Origin: a virus
Virus record (IMG/VR): IMGVR_UViG_3300034061_001913
Location: 1-64,000 of that record
Direction: 5' to 3' (one strand)
DNA: 64,000 nt
Every line of letters begins with the position of its first letter. Position 1 is the stretch's first letter. Below are positions 8,748-18,764 of the stretch, piece after piece. The notes beneath the pieces are model-generated. The model ran no database searches. It worked only from the letters and a program-made list of their open reading frames with translations, and was not told the origin of the DNA. The position numbers and the translations under genes are program-made.

Positions 8748-8919
8748 CCTCAACGAAGAATTAAGACTAGAAATAGAAAGCCTACATAACCCTGTATTTG
8801 AATCAATATTGATTCCGGTATCTTCGGAAATTTTGCAAGAAGCTGTTTACGAGCCAGAAGTACTAGAAGAAATACTAGAAGAAAACAAAGAAACCTTACA
8901 AACAATCAAACAAGACTAG
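8728..8919 (+). CDS. acidic hypothetical protein
   Basis: 63 aa ORF overlapping the upstream gene. Confidence 0.55.
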   Translation: MEKSWIDLNEELRLEIESLHNPVFESILIPVSSEILQEAVYEPEVLEEILEENKETLQTIKQD

Positions 8920-8921
8920 AA

Positions 8922-9119
8922 ATGTTAAAATATTCAGATAATCCCTTATACTGTATGCTTACAGAGGGGGATTTAATCTTACAAAAAGACCAGTATTACG
9001 ATTACAGTAACGACCAATGGGTAGATGTAGAAGCTGAGTTTATCGGACTTCTTTACAACGGTCCTTATGGTTATTATCATTTTTTAGTAATTAGAAGAAA
9101 AAACAAAAAGAAAAAATAA
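8922..9119 (+). CDS. hypothetical protein
   Basis: 65 aa ORF, tightly packed. Confidence 0.6.
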   Translation: MLKYSDNPLYCMLTEGDLILQKDQYYDYSNDQWVDVEAEFIGLLYNGPYGYYHFLVIRRKNKKKK

Positions 9120-9121
9120 TT

Positions 9122-9289
9122 ATGGTTTACGTAGAACTAAGTGCTGACAGTGAACAGCAACTATTAGTAAAAATACAAGAATATTTGAAAGAGTATCCTA
9201 CAGCAGGTTATGGAACCCTTGCTGGGAAAATAATCGTTTACAACGATAAACACACTTGCGTAGTATCAAGAAACAACTCATCTGACTAA
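9122..9289 (+). CDS. small hypothetical protein (not in ORF track)
   Basis: 55 aa ORF MVYVELSAD... fills the gap exactly. Confidence 0.6.
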   Translation: MVYVELSADSEQQLLVKIQEYLKEYPTAGYGTLAGKIIVYNDKHTCVVSRNNSSD

Positions 9290-9290
9290 A

Positions 9291-11087
9291 ATGGAAAAGA
9301 ACTTAATAATTGACTCTTTACTAATTAGCAAATTGGAGAGAATCAACTCTCCAATTTCTACACATTTACTTAATTTAAGAGAATCGGAACAAGATATTGA
9401 AAATTTATCTATTAATTACCTAGGTATTAGCTCAGAGAATCCTTCTTTTATCAGTTACTTAAATGAAGACCGCTACGAAAAGATAAAAAATACCAATAAA
9501 AGAGCTATAACTGATTTTACTTACACTTTTAAAGATAGTGCTTTTTATCCACCAGATATAGATGAGCTTAATATACCAGCAGATCTTTTTGACAATATTT
9601 TGTATTATCAGGAAGACTCAGATTTTCCTAAATACAAAAAAACGTTTAATTCAGAATTAGTGGGTACTTTTATTCTTCCGATTTTAGTATATTATACAGA
9701 CGGTCCAGAAATAGACTTAAAAGAAGTTTTAAAGTTTAAATTTGATGAACACGGATTAAATAGATTTTCTTTATGGCCTAGCAATTTTAATTATAATTTT
9801 ATAACCATTAGATGTAGTATTAGAGCTAATAAATTTCTTGATTACATAGATATTCAAGACATAAACACTATAGAAATTAATGATAATGATTTTTACAATC
9901 CTAAGTTAAGATACCACAGTTCTATAGGAAAGCTGTTAAAAAAAATCATTCCAAAAGTAGATTCTTTGTATGGGCAGAAAGAACTAGCAAATTTTATTAC
10001 TTTGTTTAAATCAGAGTCTTACAAAGAGTTAGGAACTAATCATGAGTTTATTTTTGAAGAAGCAACAGAAGATAGGATTCTTTGGGGCTACCACACAGAA
10101 AATTATTATCAAGATAGTAATACTCTAGGTAGTTCTTGTATGCGTTATAACCATTGTCAAGAGTATTTGCATATTTACTCAGAGAATCCAGACAAGATTA
10201 GTTTAGGTATGCTTCTTAAAGAAAATAAAGTTGCAGCAAGAGCTCTTATTTGGCGAATAGGAGATGATGTTTGGTTTGATCGTATCTATGCTATAAACCA
10301 TGACACAGAGATTATCTTAAAAAATCATTTAGAAGAGCTAAACATGAACAACTGCTATGACGAAGACTACAAATTGTTTGTTAATTTAAAAAACACTTAC
10401 TTTGACTATTATCCTTATATGGATACTTTCCGTTACTTAGTATTGGGTTCAGGCTTATGTAGTGATACGACTGTGACCTATGACAAAGAATTAACTGATG
10501 CAGAGGGTAATGTTGATGGCAGCGAATGCAGCAATTGCGGAAGTCACGAAGATTCAGATGATCTACACGAGATTACTGTGGGTCGTTACACAGGACATAT
10601 GATGTGTTCTGACTGTTGTACTCTTACAAAGGATGACGAGTGTATTGTATGTAGTGATGCTGTTTATTGTGAGTATGTAAATGGTCATTATCACCGAGAG
10701 GACGTAACAAGACTTCACGACGGAAATTACGTCCATAATTATGATGTAGTTGAAAGTTATGAAGGCAACTATTACATAAAAGATGATATTTCCGACTATG
10801 CAGTTAAGTACAAAGATCAGTGGTATGAGTTTACTGGAGATTACACAGTAGAAGTAAACGGAGAATGGTATCACAGAGACTCTGAAGATATTGAATATAT
10901 TGAAGGAGAATATGTTGAAGCCGAGTCAGAACGTTACTATGAATTATTAGAACAAGTTAAATTAAGAGAAAATCTCCAAGAAACGAAAGAAGAAGTTAAA
11001 CTACAAGAAAACAAAACAAATGACGAACAAAGCAAAGAAATCAATACCATCTCAGCAGAAGAAGACTTTTACCCCTTCCCCCTCTAA
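9291..11087 (+). CDS. conserved phage protein with SCMR motif and Cys/acidic C-terminal repeats
   Basis: LGSSCMRY...ARALIW...DRIY...YPYMDTF; CxxC pairs. Confidence 0.75.
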   Translation: MEKNLIIDSLLISKLERINSPISTHLLNLRESEQDIENLSINYLGISSENPSFISYLNEDRYEKIKNTNKRAITDFTYTFKDSAFYPPDIDELNIPADLFDNILYYQEDSDFPKYKKTFNSELVGTFILPILVYYTDGPEIDLKEVLKFKFDEHGLNRFSLWPSNFNYNFITIRCSIRANKFLDYIDIQDINTIEINDNDFYNPKLRYHSSIGKLLKKIIPKVDSLYGQKELANFITLFKSESYKELGTNHEFIFEEATEDRILWGYHTENYYQDSNTLGSSCMRYNHCQEYLHIYSENPDKISLGMLLKENKVAARALIWRIGDDVWFDRIYAINHDTEIILKNHLEELNMNNCYDEDYKLFVNLKNTYFDYYPYMDTFRYLVLGSGLCSDTTVTYDKELTDAEGNVDGSECSNCGSHEDSDDLHEITVGRYTGHMMCSDCCTLTKDDECIVCSDAVYCEYVNGHYHREDVTRLHDGNYVHNYDVVESYEGNYYIKDDISDYAVKYKDQWYEFTGDYTVEVNGEWYHRDSEDIEYIEGEYVEAESERYYELLEQVKLRENLQETKEEVKLQENKTNDEQSKEINTISAEEDFYPFPL

Positions 11088-11487
11088 AAAAAAAGAAAAG
11101 TATTATGATGCTTCTGATACCTCTAATTCCTATAGAAGCTATTACGAGAACAAGCCTTCTTTTCCTGTATTAGACAATGAAATTAAAATTGATTGGGATT
11201 TATTTTATAATTTACTAGAACAGCAAACCCCTAGCAGAAGTATTCAACAAGAAAGGTTCTTAGAATGGTTGGTACAATATCTTACTAAAGTTCCTGGAGT
11301 AGAAGTTACAAGAGACAATTTTGGTAACATCTATGCAGTTAAAGGAGAAGCAGAGTTTTATCCTTGTGTCATAGCGCATACTGACATTAACCAAGACTAT
11401 ACTACTCATTTGAAAATAGTAAGAAACGAAAAGTGGGTTTATGGTATGGATATGGATACTGGGCTACAATGCGGTGTCGGTTTCGAT
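11020..11487 (+). CDS. M28/M20-like zinc peptidase, exon 1
   Basis: DNFGNIYAVKG...CVIAHTD...GVGFD. Confidence 0.85.
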
Positions 11488-12742
11488 AAATGTTGTCGCG
11501 TAGTACAGTAATGTACTAATGAAAATTGGGTAAAATCGGAGAAAGCTAAACGAAACTATTGACTTTTATTTTTTAATTTTGTATTTTTGTCAAATGAGTA
11601 CAAGGTTAGATGATATAAAAATAAAAGAAATGTTTGAAGAGTACGAAAACTGTGCTGAAATAAACATTTCTCAGTTGGCTAAAAAATATGGAATTTGCAG
11701 AAGCTCTTTTCATAAACTAAGAGAATTATATAATATCTCTGAAAAAGATAGATTAGATACAAAATATCCTAAACTTCTTATACAGGAAATACATAACAAG
11801 TACTTAAATGAGGGTACTAGTTTAGTAGCATTGTACAAAGAGTATAAAATCAAACCTTTTAGGTTAAAAGAAAGGTTTGAGAAATATGGATTTAAAGTAA
11901 AAAACCCTAAACAAGGGTTAAATCTAAACTTTTTTGATAATATTGATTCTGAAATTAAAGCCTATTTACTAGGATTTATTGTAGGAGATGGTTCTGTTTC
12001 AGATGAAGGATTGCATATCAGAGTGGCTTATAATGATATTTATATCATAAAGTTATTTCAAAAGTATATTAATCCAGAAGTTGAAATAAAACATCTCCCC
12101 TTAGAAAACCAACAAGATCAAGTCATAATAAACTTTTATAGCGTTGAATTAATAAAAAAATTAGAAAATTACGGTATAGTACAGAATAAAACGTATGTAC
12201 CTATGTGTATTCCTGAGATGCCAAAAGACTTAGTGAGGCATTTTATAAGAGGATATTACGATGCAGATGGTACTGCAAGTTTTGGGGTTAAAATAAATCC
12301 TAAGACTCAAAATACAAAAGGAACTACTTTTAAAGCTGCTTTTACTTCACATCTTCCCAATTTACTGGAAGATATAGTAAAAAACTTAGCTATAAAGAAT
12401 ATTTCAAGTTCTTTAAATTATTATAGGAATAACAAACAAAACTATTACTACTCCTTAGTAATTAGTATGAGGTGTTTAGATTTGTTTGAGAACTACCTGT
12501 ACCAAGATTCTAATTTTTATTTATTAAGAAAACGAGAAAAGTTTTTGTTGCGCATGCTAACACCGAGGGAAGCCTTGATATTAAAAAATCAAGTGCCCCG
12601 TAACGCATAGGGATTGAACCTCTAACGAGAATATAACATCCCCACGAGTATCCGACACCCTTAGTCAAGGGTGATAATGTATGCTGAACTTATGGGAAAC
12701 CATAAGAACTATAGGATAAAAAGCCTATAGGATAACATAATG
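11488..12742 (+). mobile_element. group I intron
   Basis: exon ends in U and pairs with the IGS (CGAT/GTCG); P10 TTGTC/GACAA; P7-like GCATA/TATGC; P9 CTTATGG-GAAA-CCATAAG; terminal G; splicing restores GFD|DKNG. Confidence 0.9.
11594..12610 (+). CDS. intron-encoded double-motif LAGLIDADG homing endonuclease
   Basis: AYLLGFIVGDG and HFIRGYYDADG; own promoter TATTTTTG at 11582-11589. Confidence 0.9.
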   Translation: MSTRLDDIKIKEMFEEYENCAEINISQLAKKYGICRSSFHKLRELYNISEKDRLDTKYPKLLIQEIHNKYLNEGTSLVALYKEYKIKPFRLKERFEKYGFKVKNPKQGLNLNFFDNIDSEIKAYLLGFIVGDGSVSDEGLHIRVAYNDIYIIKLFQKYINPEVEIKHLPLENQQDQVIINFYSVELIKKLENYGIVQNKTYVPMCIPEMPKDLVRHFIRGYYDADGTASFGVKINPKTQNTKGTTFKAAFTSHLPNLLEDIVKNLAIKNISSSLNYYRNNKQNYYYSLVISMRCLDLFENYLYQDSNFYLLRKREKFLLRMLTPREALILKNQVPRNA

Positions 12743-13510
12743 GACAAAAATGGCTGTTTGTTTGCTTTGACTATGCTAAAACACTTAGACGCTATTAAGA
12801 TAGCTTTCTTTAAAGACGAGGAGATTGGAGCTGTAGGTAGCAAAAAAGCAGATCCTACTTTTTTCTATGACTGTTCAATGATTTTTCAAATGGACAGAAA
12901 TTCCTACAAAGGCTTAGAGCTAATAACCTATACTAATGGGGTTACTAGTTGCTCTAAGGAATTTGTAGAGGCTGCACAACCCTTAATGACTAAATATTCT
13001 GTTACAGAAGGAAACGGTATCTTTACAGATGTTGGAGAAATTGTAAAATTAGCAGGAGTTGATTGTATCGGTTGCAATATTGGAGCTGGTTATTTTGACG
13101 AGCATTCTGAAAGAGAAATCACTTCTATTCAAGCTCTAGAAAATTCTATTAACTTTGGCTATGAATGTCTACTTACTCTTGGGAGTACTAAATGGTATCA
13201 CAGAACAGGTAACTCTCAAAGAAAAGATAAAAGAAGTTACAGAGACGAAATGTACGATGCATACTTTGTAGAACAATCTGCACAACTTCAAATGCCAGAT
13301 TACGAGTACAGGCACGTCTTTTCTGAATTAACAGATGAGGATTATTTAAGTGATACAGACATCCTTTATGACTTAAATGATGGTTTTTGTCCTTGTTGCG
13401 GTAGTCAGGATTTATGTCAAGAAGGTTATTCACATGCTAGTATTTCTTGTTTTGACTGTGGATCTCTTTATTTTGTACCTACACACTATTTAAAAGAACA
13501 ACTTAATTAA
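12743..13510 (+). CDS. M28/M20-like zinc peptidase, exon 2
   Basis: DKNG...DEEIGAVGS...QMDR...FTDV...GYFDEHS; C-terminal zinc ribbon. Confidence 0.85.
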   Translation, partial: DKNGCLFALTMLKHLDAIKIAFFKDEEIGAVGSKKADPTFFYDCSMIFQMDRNSYKGLELITYTNGVTSCSKEFVEAAQPLMTKYSVTEGNGIFTDVGEIVKLAGVDCIGCNIGAGYFDEHSEREITSIQALENSINFGYECLLTLGSTKWYHRTGNSQRKDKRSYRDEMYDAYFVEQSAQLQMPDYEYRHVFSELTDEDYLSDTDILYDLNDGFCPCCGSQDLCQEGYSHASISCFDCGSLYFVPTHYLKEQLN

Positions 13511-13518
13511 CCTATAAG

Positions 13519-13545
13519 AGAAGGGGACTAGTTCCCCTTCTTTTT
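13519..13545 (+). terminator. intrinsic terminator
   Basis: AGAAGGGGA-CTAGT-TCCCCTTCT-TTTT. Confidence 0.8.
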
Positions 13546-13565
13546 AATTTAAAAACAAATTTAAA

Positions 13566-13940
13566 ATGACACAACAAGAAATACAAGAACGTAATGAGAA
13601 GATAGCAATTATGCTTGGATGGAAAACTATTTCACAATTAGAGGAAATAAACGAAGAAAATGAACATCTGAAAGATTGTTATTTTTTACCACATACAGAA
13701 TTAGTTTTTTGGTCTGTGGAAAATTTAAAATTTCATTCAGATTGGAATTGGCTTATGGAAGCAGTTGAGTTTATTGAAAGTAGGGGTTACGAAATTGATA
13801 TATTTGCAAATTGTGTTGAAATTTGTACAACTCCTGATGAAGATTATGTATCTGAAGCTGTAGGTAAAACTAAAAAAGAAGCCGTATTCATAGCCGTATC
13901 TGATTTTGCTAAACTCCATAACGAAATAAAAGCAAACTAA
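13566..13940 (+). CDS. conserved phage hypothetical protein
   Basis: LKFHSDWNWLMEAVEFIE motif. Confidence 0.75.
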   Translation: MTQQEIQERNEKIAIMLGWKTISQLEEINEENEHLKDCYFLPHTELVFWSVENLKFHSDWNWLMEAVEFIESRGYEIDIFANCVEICTTPDEDYVSEAVGKTKKEAVFIAVSDFAKLHNEIKAN

Positions 13941-13942
13941 AT

Positions 13943-14167
13943 ATGAGTAAAATATGGAAAACTCCTATGGACAAACCTTTAAGGTCAGCTCAATTAGTAA
14001 AAAGAGTCATCATTGACGAACAGTTACCTGCTGGTTGGCCTGTTAAGTGGGGAAAACAATGGGACATTACTATTAATAATAAACTTATTCCTACTGGTTT
14101 AACTAGTCTTACTTGGACAGGAAATCAATGGAAAGAGTTTATCTTAAAACACTCAAACAAAGTATGA
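13943..14167 (+). CDS. hypothetical protein
   Basis: 74 aa Trp-rich ORF. Confidence 0.6.
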   Translation: MSKIWKTPMDKPLRSAQLVKRVIIDEQLPAGWPVKWGKQWDITINNKLIPTGLTSLTWTGNQWKEFILKHSNKV

Positions 14168-15036
14168 AAAAACTATTATTAGCAATTATGTCTATTTATA
14201 TGAAAAAGAAAAGAAATTTATGGGTAATACCAACAGAAAAACCAAGTCGATTATACGAATTTGGCGGTCAATTCCACATTGAAGCAAGTTTACAAGAAAA
14301 TTTCAGGAGCTATAATATCTATATCACTTCTGATGAAGAAATTAAAGAAGGAGTTGACCAATGGTATTTAGATAAAGTACTAAATAAACCTTATAATTCA
14401 GGAGGGGCGCAATATTCATCTAATCAAGATGTAATCATATTAACAACAGACCCAGACTTAATCAAAAATGGCATACAAGCTATTGATGATACATTTCTTG
14501 AATGGTTTATTAAGAATCCAAGTTGTGAGGAAGTTGAAGTTGAAACTACTAGAGAAAGGAATGGTTACCATAGTAAACATAAAAAAAGATACAAAATCAT
14601 CATTCCACAAGAAAAACCTAAAACATACTCCTGTTGTGGTAGATGTAATGGTGTAGATGATATATGTATTCTTGATAGAGAAGAAGCTAAACAAAGAGCT
14701 GCAAACTATATGCGTTTAAAAGGTGCATTAGAAGTAAAGGAAGAACCACTTGAAGAAGCTGATAAATGGTCATTAGAAAAGGCTGAAGAATTTGCGTTAG
14801 AAAGATTTAAAAGTGACCATAAAAAAGGTATAGTTACATGGGATTTAATTTTAGAAGTGTTAAAAGTAGGGGTTAAAACAGGACATAAATTTGGTTCTAA
14901 ATGGCAACAAGAGCAAGACAAGATAATGTATAGTGAGTTATCTATTTATTTACAAGAATTAGCAGATAAAGATAGATTAAAATCACTAACTTCTAATCAA
15001 ATAAGAACAGCTATTGAACAATTTAAAAAAAAATAA
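14164..15036 (+). CDS. modular hypothetical protein (paralog of 1726-2514)
   Basis: same conserved blocks; start uncertain (ATG 14164 overlaps the upstream stop). Confidence 0.75.
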   Translation: MKKLLLAIMSIYMKKKRNLWVIPTEKPSRLYEFGGQFHIEASLQENFRSYNIYITSDEEIKEGVDQWYLDKVLNKPYNSGGAQYSSNQDVIILTTDPDLIKNGIQAIDDTFLEWFIKNPSCEEVEVETTRERNGYHSKHKKRYKIIIPQEKPKTYSCCGRCNGVDDICILDREEAKQRAANYMRLKGALEVKEEPLEEADKWSLEKAEEFALERFKSDHKKGIVTWDLILEVLKVGVKTGHKFGSKWQQEQDKIMYSELSIYLQELADKDRLKSLTSNQIRTAIEQFKKK

Positions 15037-15037
15037 T

Positions 15038-15214
15038 ATGACAGTAAAAGAATTTTCAGATAAAACAAGTGAGTTAATTAAAATGCATCCAAATCAATCA
15101 GATTTATTATGTATTGCTACAACAGATGCTTTTGATGAAGAAGATGAATCACCAATGTTAGACCAACTAATGGATTGGTGTTTAGAAATATGTGCAAATA
15201 ATGTTACAATTTAA
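15038..15214 (+). CDS. hypothetical protein
   Basis: ATG follows the upstream stop (MTVKEF...). Confidence 0.6.
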   Translation: MTVKEFSDKTSELIKMHPNQSDLLCIATTDAFDEEDESPMLDQLMDWCLEICANNVTI

Positions 15215-15225
15215 AAAGAAGTAAT

Positions 15226-15531
15226 ATGGAAACACCTGAAAGCTGGGTAATATTAAAACTACCAAACAACTGCTATAAAGTTTTTGGAACTTGGGCTGGT
15301 GGTTATCTAGACGGGGATAGATGGAAGTTAAACTCTGGAATAGAAAAAGTTGAACAAGAAGATGATTACTATTATTTTATAGGATTTAGTGGGAGTTGTT
15401 ATAAGTGTCACAAGAAAGGATATGGAACAGCAACATCCTATGGATTAGGCATTCTGAATAAAATAATAGAGGAAGGAAATGGTCAGATTGAACTAATGGA
15501 AGATAGTGGTGATTGGTCAAATGTAATATAA
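15226..15531 (+). CDS. conserved phage hypothetical protein
   Basis: YKVFGTWAGGYLDGDRWKLNSGI...SGSCYKC motif. Confidence 0.8.
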   Translation: METPESWVILKLPNNCYKVFGTWAGGYLDGDRWKLNSGIEKVEQEDDYYYFIGFSGSCYKCHKKGYGTATSYGLGILNKIIEEGNGQIELMEDSGDWSNVI

Positions 15532-15588
15532 CGGTTGCAGGTATATTTAGTCCCGAATTTAAAAACGAAAAACAATGAATAACTAAAA

Positions 15589-15888
15589 ATGATAAAAGCA
15601 ACATTAGATTATTGGAACCCACGAAACGAAACGGTTGTAACTGAATCGGGATTCTGTTATCTTGATACCACATCGGTTATCACCAGAACGAAAGATATAT
15701 CGGATAATACCGAGATAGGTTTGTTTGAGCAATTCTACAAACTTAATAATAGTTTGCGGTATTGCAATGGCTCATACTATACGTTCCAAGATAAACAATG
15801 GGAAAACAAGTATAAAGAGTGGTTAAAGTCAGATGACTACAAGAAGAAATCGTTTGAACTTTATTACGGAAACGGAGTAGTTGATTAA
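15589..15888 (+). CDS. hypothetical protein
   Basis: 99 aa ORF. Confidence 0.7.
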   Translation: MIKATLDYWNPRNETVVTESGFCYLDTTSVITRTKDISDNTEIGLFEQFYKLNNSLRYCNGSYYTFQDKQWENKYKEWLKSDDYKKKSFELYYGNGVVD

Positions 15889-15899
15889 TTAAATTAAAA

Positions 15900-16949
15900 A
15901 TGAGTAATGACGTAAGAAAACAGTACCAACAAGAAGCTTTTGAAGCTTTAAAAGCAAGAAGCGGAGTTGCTGTTATGCCCGTTAGAACCGGTAAAACTGT
16001 TGTAGGTTTACACCTAGCTAATTACTATAATGATGTTCTTGTGGCCTATCCTAGTAAATCTATTCTAGAGTCTTGGAAGAGTGACGCTGAGAAATTTAAT
16101 ATCAACATAGACCATGTTACCTTTACTACTTTTAGTAGTTTAGTTAAACATGATTTGTCAAAGTTTGATGCAGTCATTTTGGATGAAATCGACCAAATTT
16201 CAGAAGCAAAGTGGCAATTTATTTGTCAAAATCGTCCCAAAATTCTAAACGGCTTAACAGCTACTCTTCCTAGAAAAGGAACCCGTAAAAGATTCTACAT
16301 AGAAAGTTATGCCCCTATTAGATATGAAATCAGAATAGATCAGACTGTAGGAGTTTTAAACAAACCCTATCATATCTATGTACATCTAGTAAATCCTTCT
16401 GAAGCAAGAGATATACCTAAACAGTCTGGCGGTTTCTGGAGTGAGAAAGCAAAGATTAACTTCTTTGAGAATCATTCCGGAGACAGCTTTGCTATGATGC
16501 TTAGACTTATACAGACTATTTCAGGCAGTCCTACTAAATGGAACAAGCTAAGAGAGCTGTTGAGTGACTTTAAAAGATGTTTAGTCTTTGTAGAGACTAT
16601 CCAACAATGCGGAGAGATATGTCGTTACAGTTATCATTCTAAGAACTCTGAAGAAGTAAATAAAGAGAACTTAAGAATGTTTAATACAGGTGAGATTAAC
16701 TTTCTGGCTACTGTTAACCAGTTAAATGCTGGTATTACTTTTCCTAATCTAAACAAAGCAGTTATTCTACATGCTTATGCTTCTAGTTCAAAAGCAGCAC
16801 AAAGAATAGGAAGAGCCTTAAACTACCTAGAAGGAGAAAAAGCTGAACTTCATATAATCTGCATGAACAACACTAGAGACATAGTTTGGACCCGTAAAGG
16901 TCTAGAATACTATGGAGCAGAAAACATCACTTGGATTGAACCAAAATAA
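15900..16949 (+). CDS. superfamily 2 helicase
   Basis: MPVRTGKT, DEID, LTAT, QRIGRALN. Confidence 0.9.
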   Translation: MSNDVRKQYQQEAFEALKARSGVAVMPVRTGKTVVGLHLANYYNDVLVAYPSKSILESWKSDAEKFNINIDHVTFTTFSSLVKHDLSKFDAVILDEIDQISEAKWQFICQNRPKILNGLTATLPRKGTRKRFYIESYAPIRYEIRIDQTVGVLNKPYHIYVHLVNPSEARDIPKQSGGFWSEKAKINFFENHSGDSFAMMLRLIQTISGSPTKWNKLRELLSDFKRCLVFVETIQQCGEICRYSYHSKNSEEVNKENLRMFNTGEINFLATVNQLNAGITFPNLNKAVILHAYASSSKAAQRIGRALNYLEGEKAELHIICMNNTRDIVWTRKGLEYYGAENITWIEPK

Positions 16950-16959
16950 TACTTAACTT

Positions 16960-17151
16960 ATGAATAACGAAGAGTTATACTATTACTTAAAGGAGCAAGA
17001 AAAAACTGAAAAAGCAAAAAAAACTCCTCAAGAACACTTGACAAGGTTATGTTATATACGTAACTTTGATACCCCTAAAATTAAAAACATAAAACAAAAT
17101 GAAGTTGACATTTTACGAAGTCCTCTGGAAAATGCTGGAGAAGGAACGTAA
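16960..17151 (+). CDS. hypothetical protein
   Basis: 63 aa ORF. Confidence 0.5.
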   Translation: MNNEELYYYLKEQEKTEKAKKTPQEHLTRLCYIRNFDTPKIKNIKQNEVDILRSPLENAGEGT

Positions 17152-17602
17152 GCTAGAAGAGTGGGTAGCCCTAGGATTATTAGTAGAAAAGCAGAATGAA
17201 TGGTATTGGACTATAGAGGCTCTAGACTCTTTAGGAGTTGAAAGTGCTTTGAGTCTTACCACTAATTTAGATTGGGTTAAACTATACGCTGAGAAGTTTT
17301 CTAAAAAGAACATAGGTATTATAGGCAAAACAAGTACTCCTAAGCAAATTGCTGAAAAGCTAGACAGGTTTATAAAAGAATATCCTGAATTTGACAAAGA
17401 GACTATTCTTAATGCCACAGATATGTATGTATCTTTTTGGAAGAAACAAGGCAAATCACAATTCATAAGAGAGGCTCACTACTTTATCTTTAAAAAAACA
17501 GAAAGAGGTAGCGAAACTTCTGATTTGGCTACTTGGTGTCAAAACTATTTATCAGAAGGAAACACTCCTAAGAAAGAAGATCGTTTTGGGGGAGACCTAT
17601 AA
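17099..17602 (+). CDS. hypothetical replication-associated protein
   Basis: 167 aa, directly upstream of the DnaB-like gene. Confidence 0.7.
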   Translation: MKLTFYEVLWKMLEKERKLEEWVALGLLVEKQNEWYWTIEALDSLGVESALSLTTNLDWVKLYAEKFSKKNIGIIGKTSTPKQIAEKLDRFIKEYPEFDKETILNATDMYVSFWKKQGKSQFIREAHYFIFKKTERGSETSDLATWCQNYLSEGNTPKKEDRFGGDL

Positions 17603-17604
17603 TT

Positions 17605-18741
17605 ATGCCGGGGAAGTTTGAAGAGATATACAAAAAGATTGAAGAGCACAGACAGAATAGATTAGAAAACAAATACAACTCTATTCCATGGGCACTAGAT
17701 CGCCTAACAGATGAATACAATTACCCAGGTTGGGTTAAAGGTAAAATGTATCTCATTACAGCTTCTTCGGGTATAGGTAAGTCTAAGCTTTCTAAATGGC
17801 TTACTATCATTTCTACTTATATGAAATGGAAAGACAATCCTTTTAATACAAGAATCTTTTGGTTTGCCTTAGAGGAATCAAAAGAAAAACTGTACCTAGA
17901 AGCGGTTTCTGTGTGTATTTATTACACTCATAATGTAGTTGTTACTCCAGAAATGATGTTGAGTTACGGTAAGTATGTGGTTTCCTCTAAAATCTTAGAA
18001 TGGATACAAGAGGCCAAAGAATCTAAGTTTCTTAAGTTCTTTGAGAATCATGTAGAAGTTATAGACCACATTTCTAATCCTACCGGTATAAAAAAACATA
18101 TCGAAAGATATTTTGATGACCCCTCTAAAGGTCAAATGGTGTACGAAGAAAGAGAAGAAAAGAAGTATCCCTTATACTATAACCATAAGATAGATGCTTA
18201 TTACTTTGTAGTAGTGGATCATATCTCTCTTTTACACACGGAGACAGTAAGAGGGGTTAACTTTGACTTAAGAGAAACTCTTAGCTTTTTTGTAGACCAG
18301 TATGGTTTAGAGGTATTCTGTAAGAGGTACAATTTGATATTTGTACCTATCCAACAACAAGCCTCTAGCGGTGAATCTCAAATGTTCACTAATAGAGGAG
18401 AATTAGTAGAGGCTAAATTAGAGCCGTCCTTAGCAGATTTAGCAGACTGTAAAACAACTCAACGGTCTGCAGATGTAGTTTTGGGTATCTTCGCACCTTT
18501 TAGATACGACATAGAGGTACATCAGGGTTATGATATAAACTACATGCAAGACAATTATAGAAGTGTTAGATTTTTAAAAGACCGTCTAGCTGGTTTATCA
18601 GGTAGATTAGGTATGTATTTTGCTAGAGGAGTCCCTCACTTTGAAGAGTTACCTAAAGCTCAGAATATGGGTGGACCTAAATATAACTATGAATATTACG
18701 TAAAAAAGAGTAAAAACGAACAGTTTAACTTGGAAAGTTAA
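17605..18741 (+). CDS. dnaB: DnaB-like (SF4) replicative helicase
   Basis: ASSGIGKS Walker A, FALEES, VVVDHISL, QQQ, ADVVLG. Confidence 0.85.
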   Translation: MPGKFEEIYKKIEEHRQNRLENKYNSIPWALDRLTDEYNYPGWVKGKMYLITASSGIGKSKLSKWLTIISTYMKWKDNPFNTRIFWFALEESKEKLYLEAVSVCIYYTHNVVVTPEMMLSYGKYVVSSKILEWIQEAKESKFLKFFENHVEVIDHISNPTGIKKHIERYFDDPSKGQMVYEEREEKKYPLYYNHKIDAYYFVVVDHISLLHTETVRGVNFDLRETLSFFVDQYGLEVFCKRYNLIFVPIQQQASSGESQMFTNRGELVEAKLEPSLADLADCKTTQRSADVVLGIFAPFRYDIEVHQGYDINYMQDNYRSVRFLKDRLAGLSGRLGMYFARGVPHFEELPKAQNMGGPKYNYEYYVKKSKNEQFNLES

Positions 18742-18764
18742 TATTAGTGATTTAAATTTGAATA

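Noticed and set aside
12740-13510. Independent 256 aa gene starting at ATG 12740
   Set aside because: The ATG is the last three bases of the intron; the ORF is exon 2 of the peptidase
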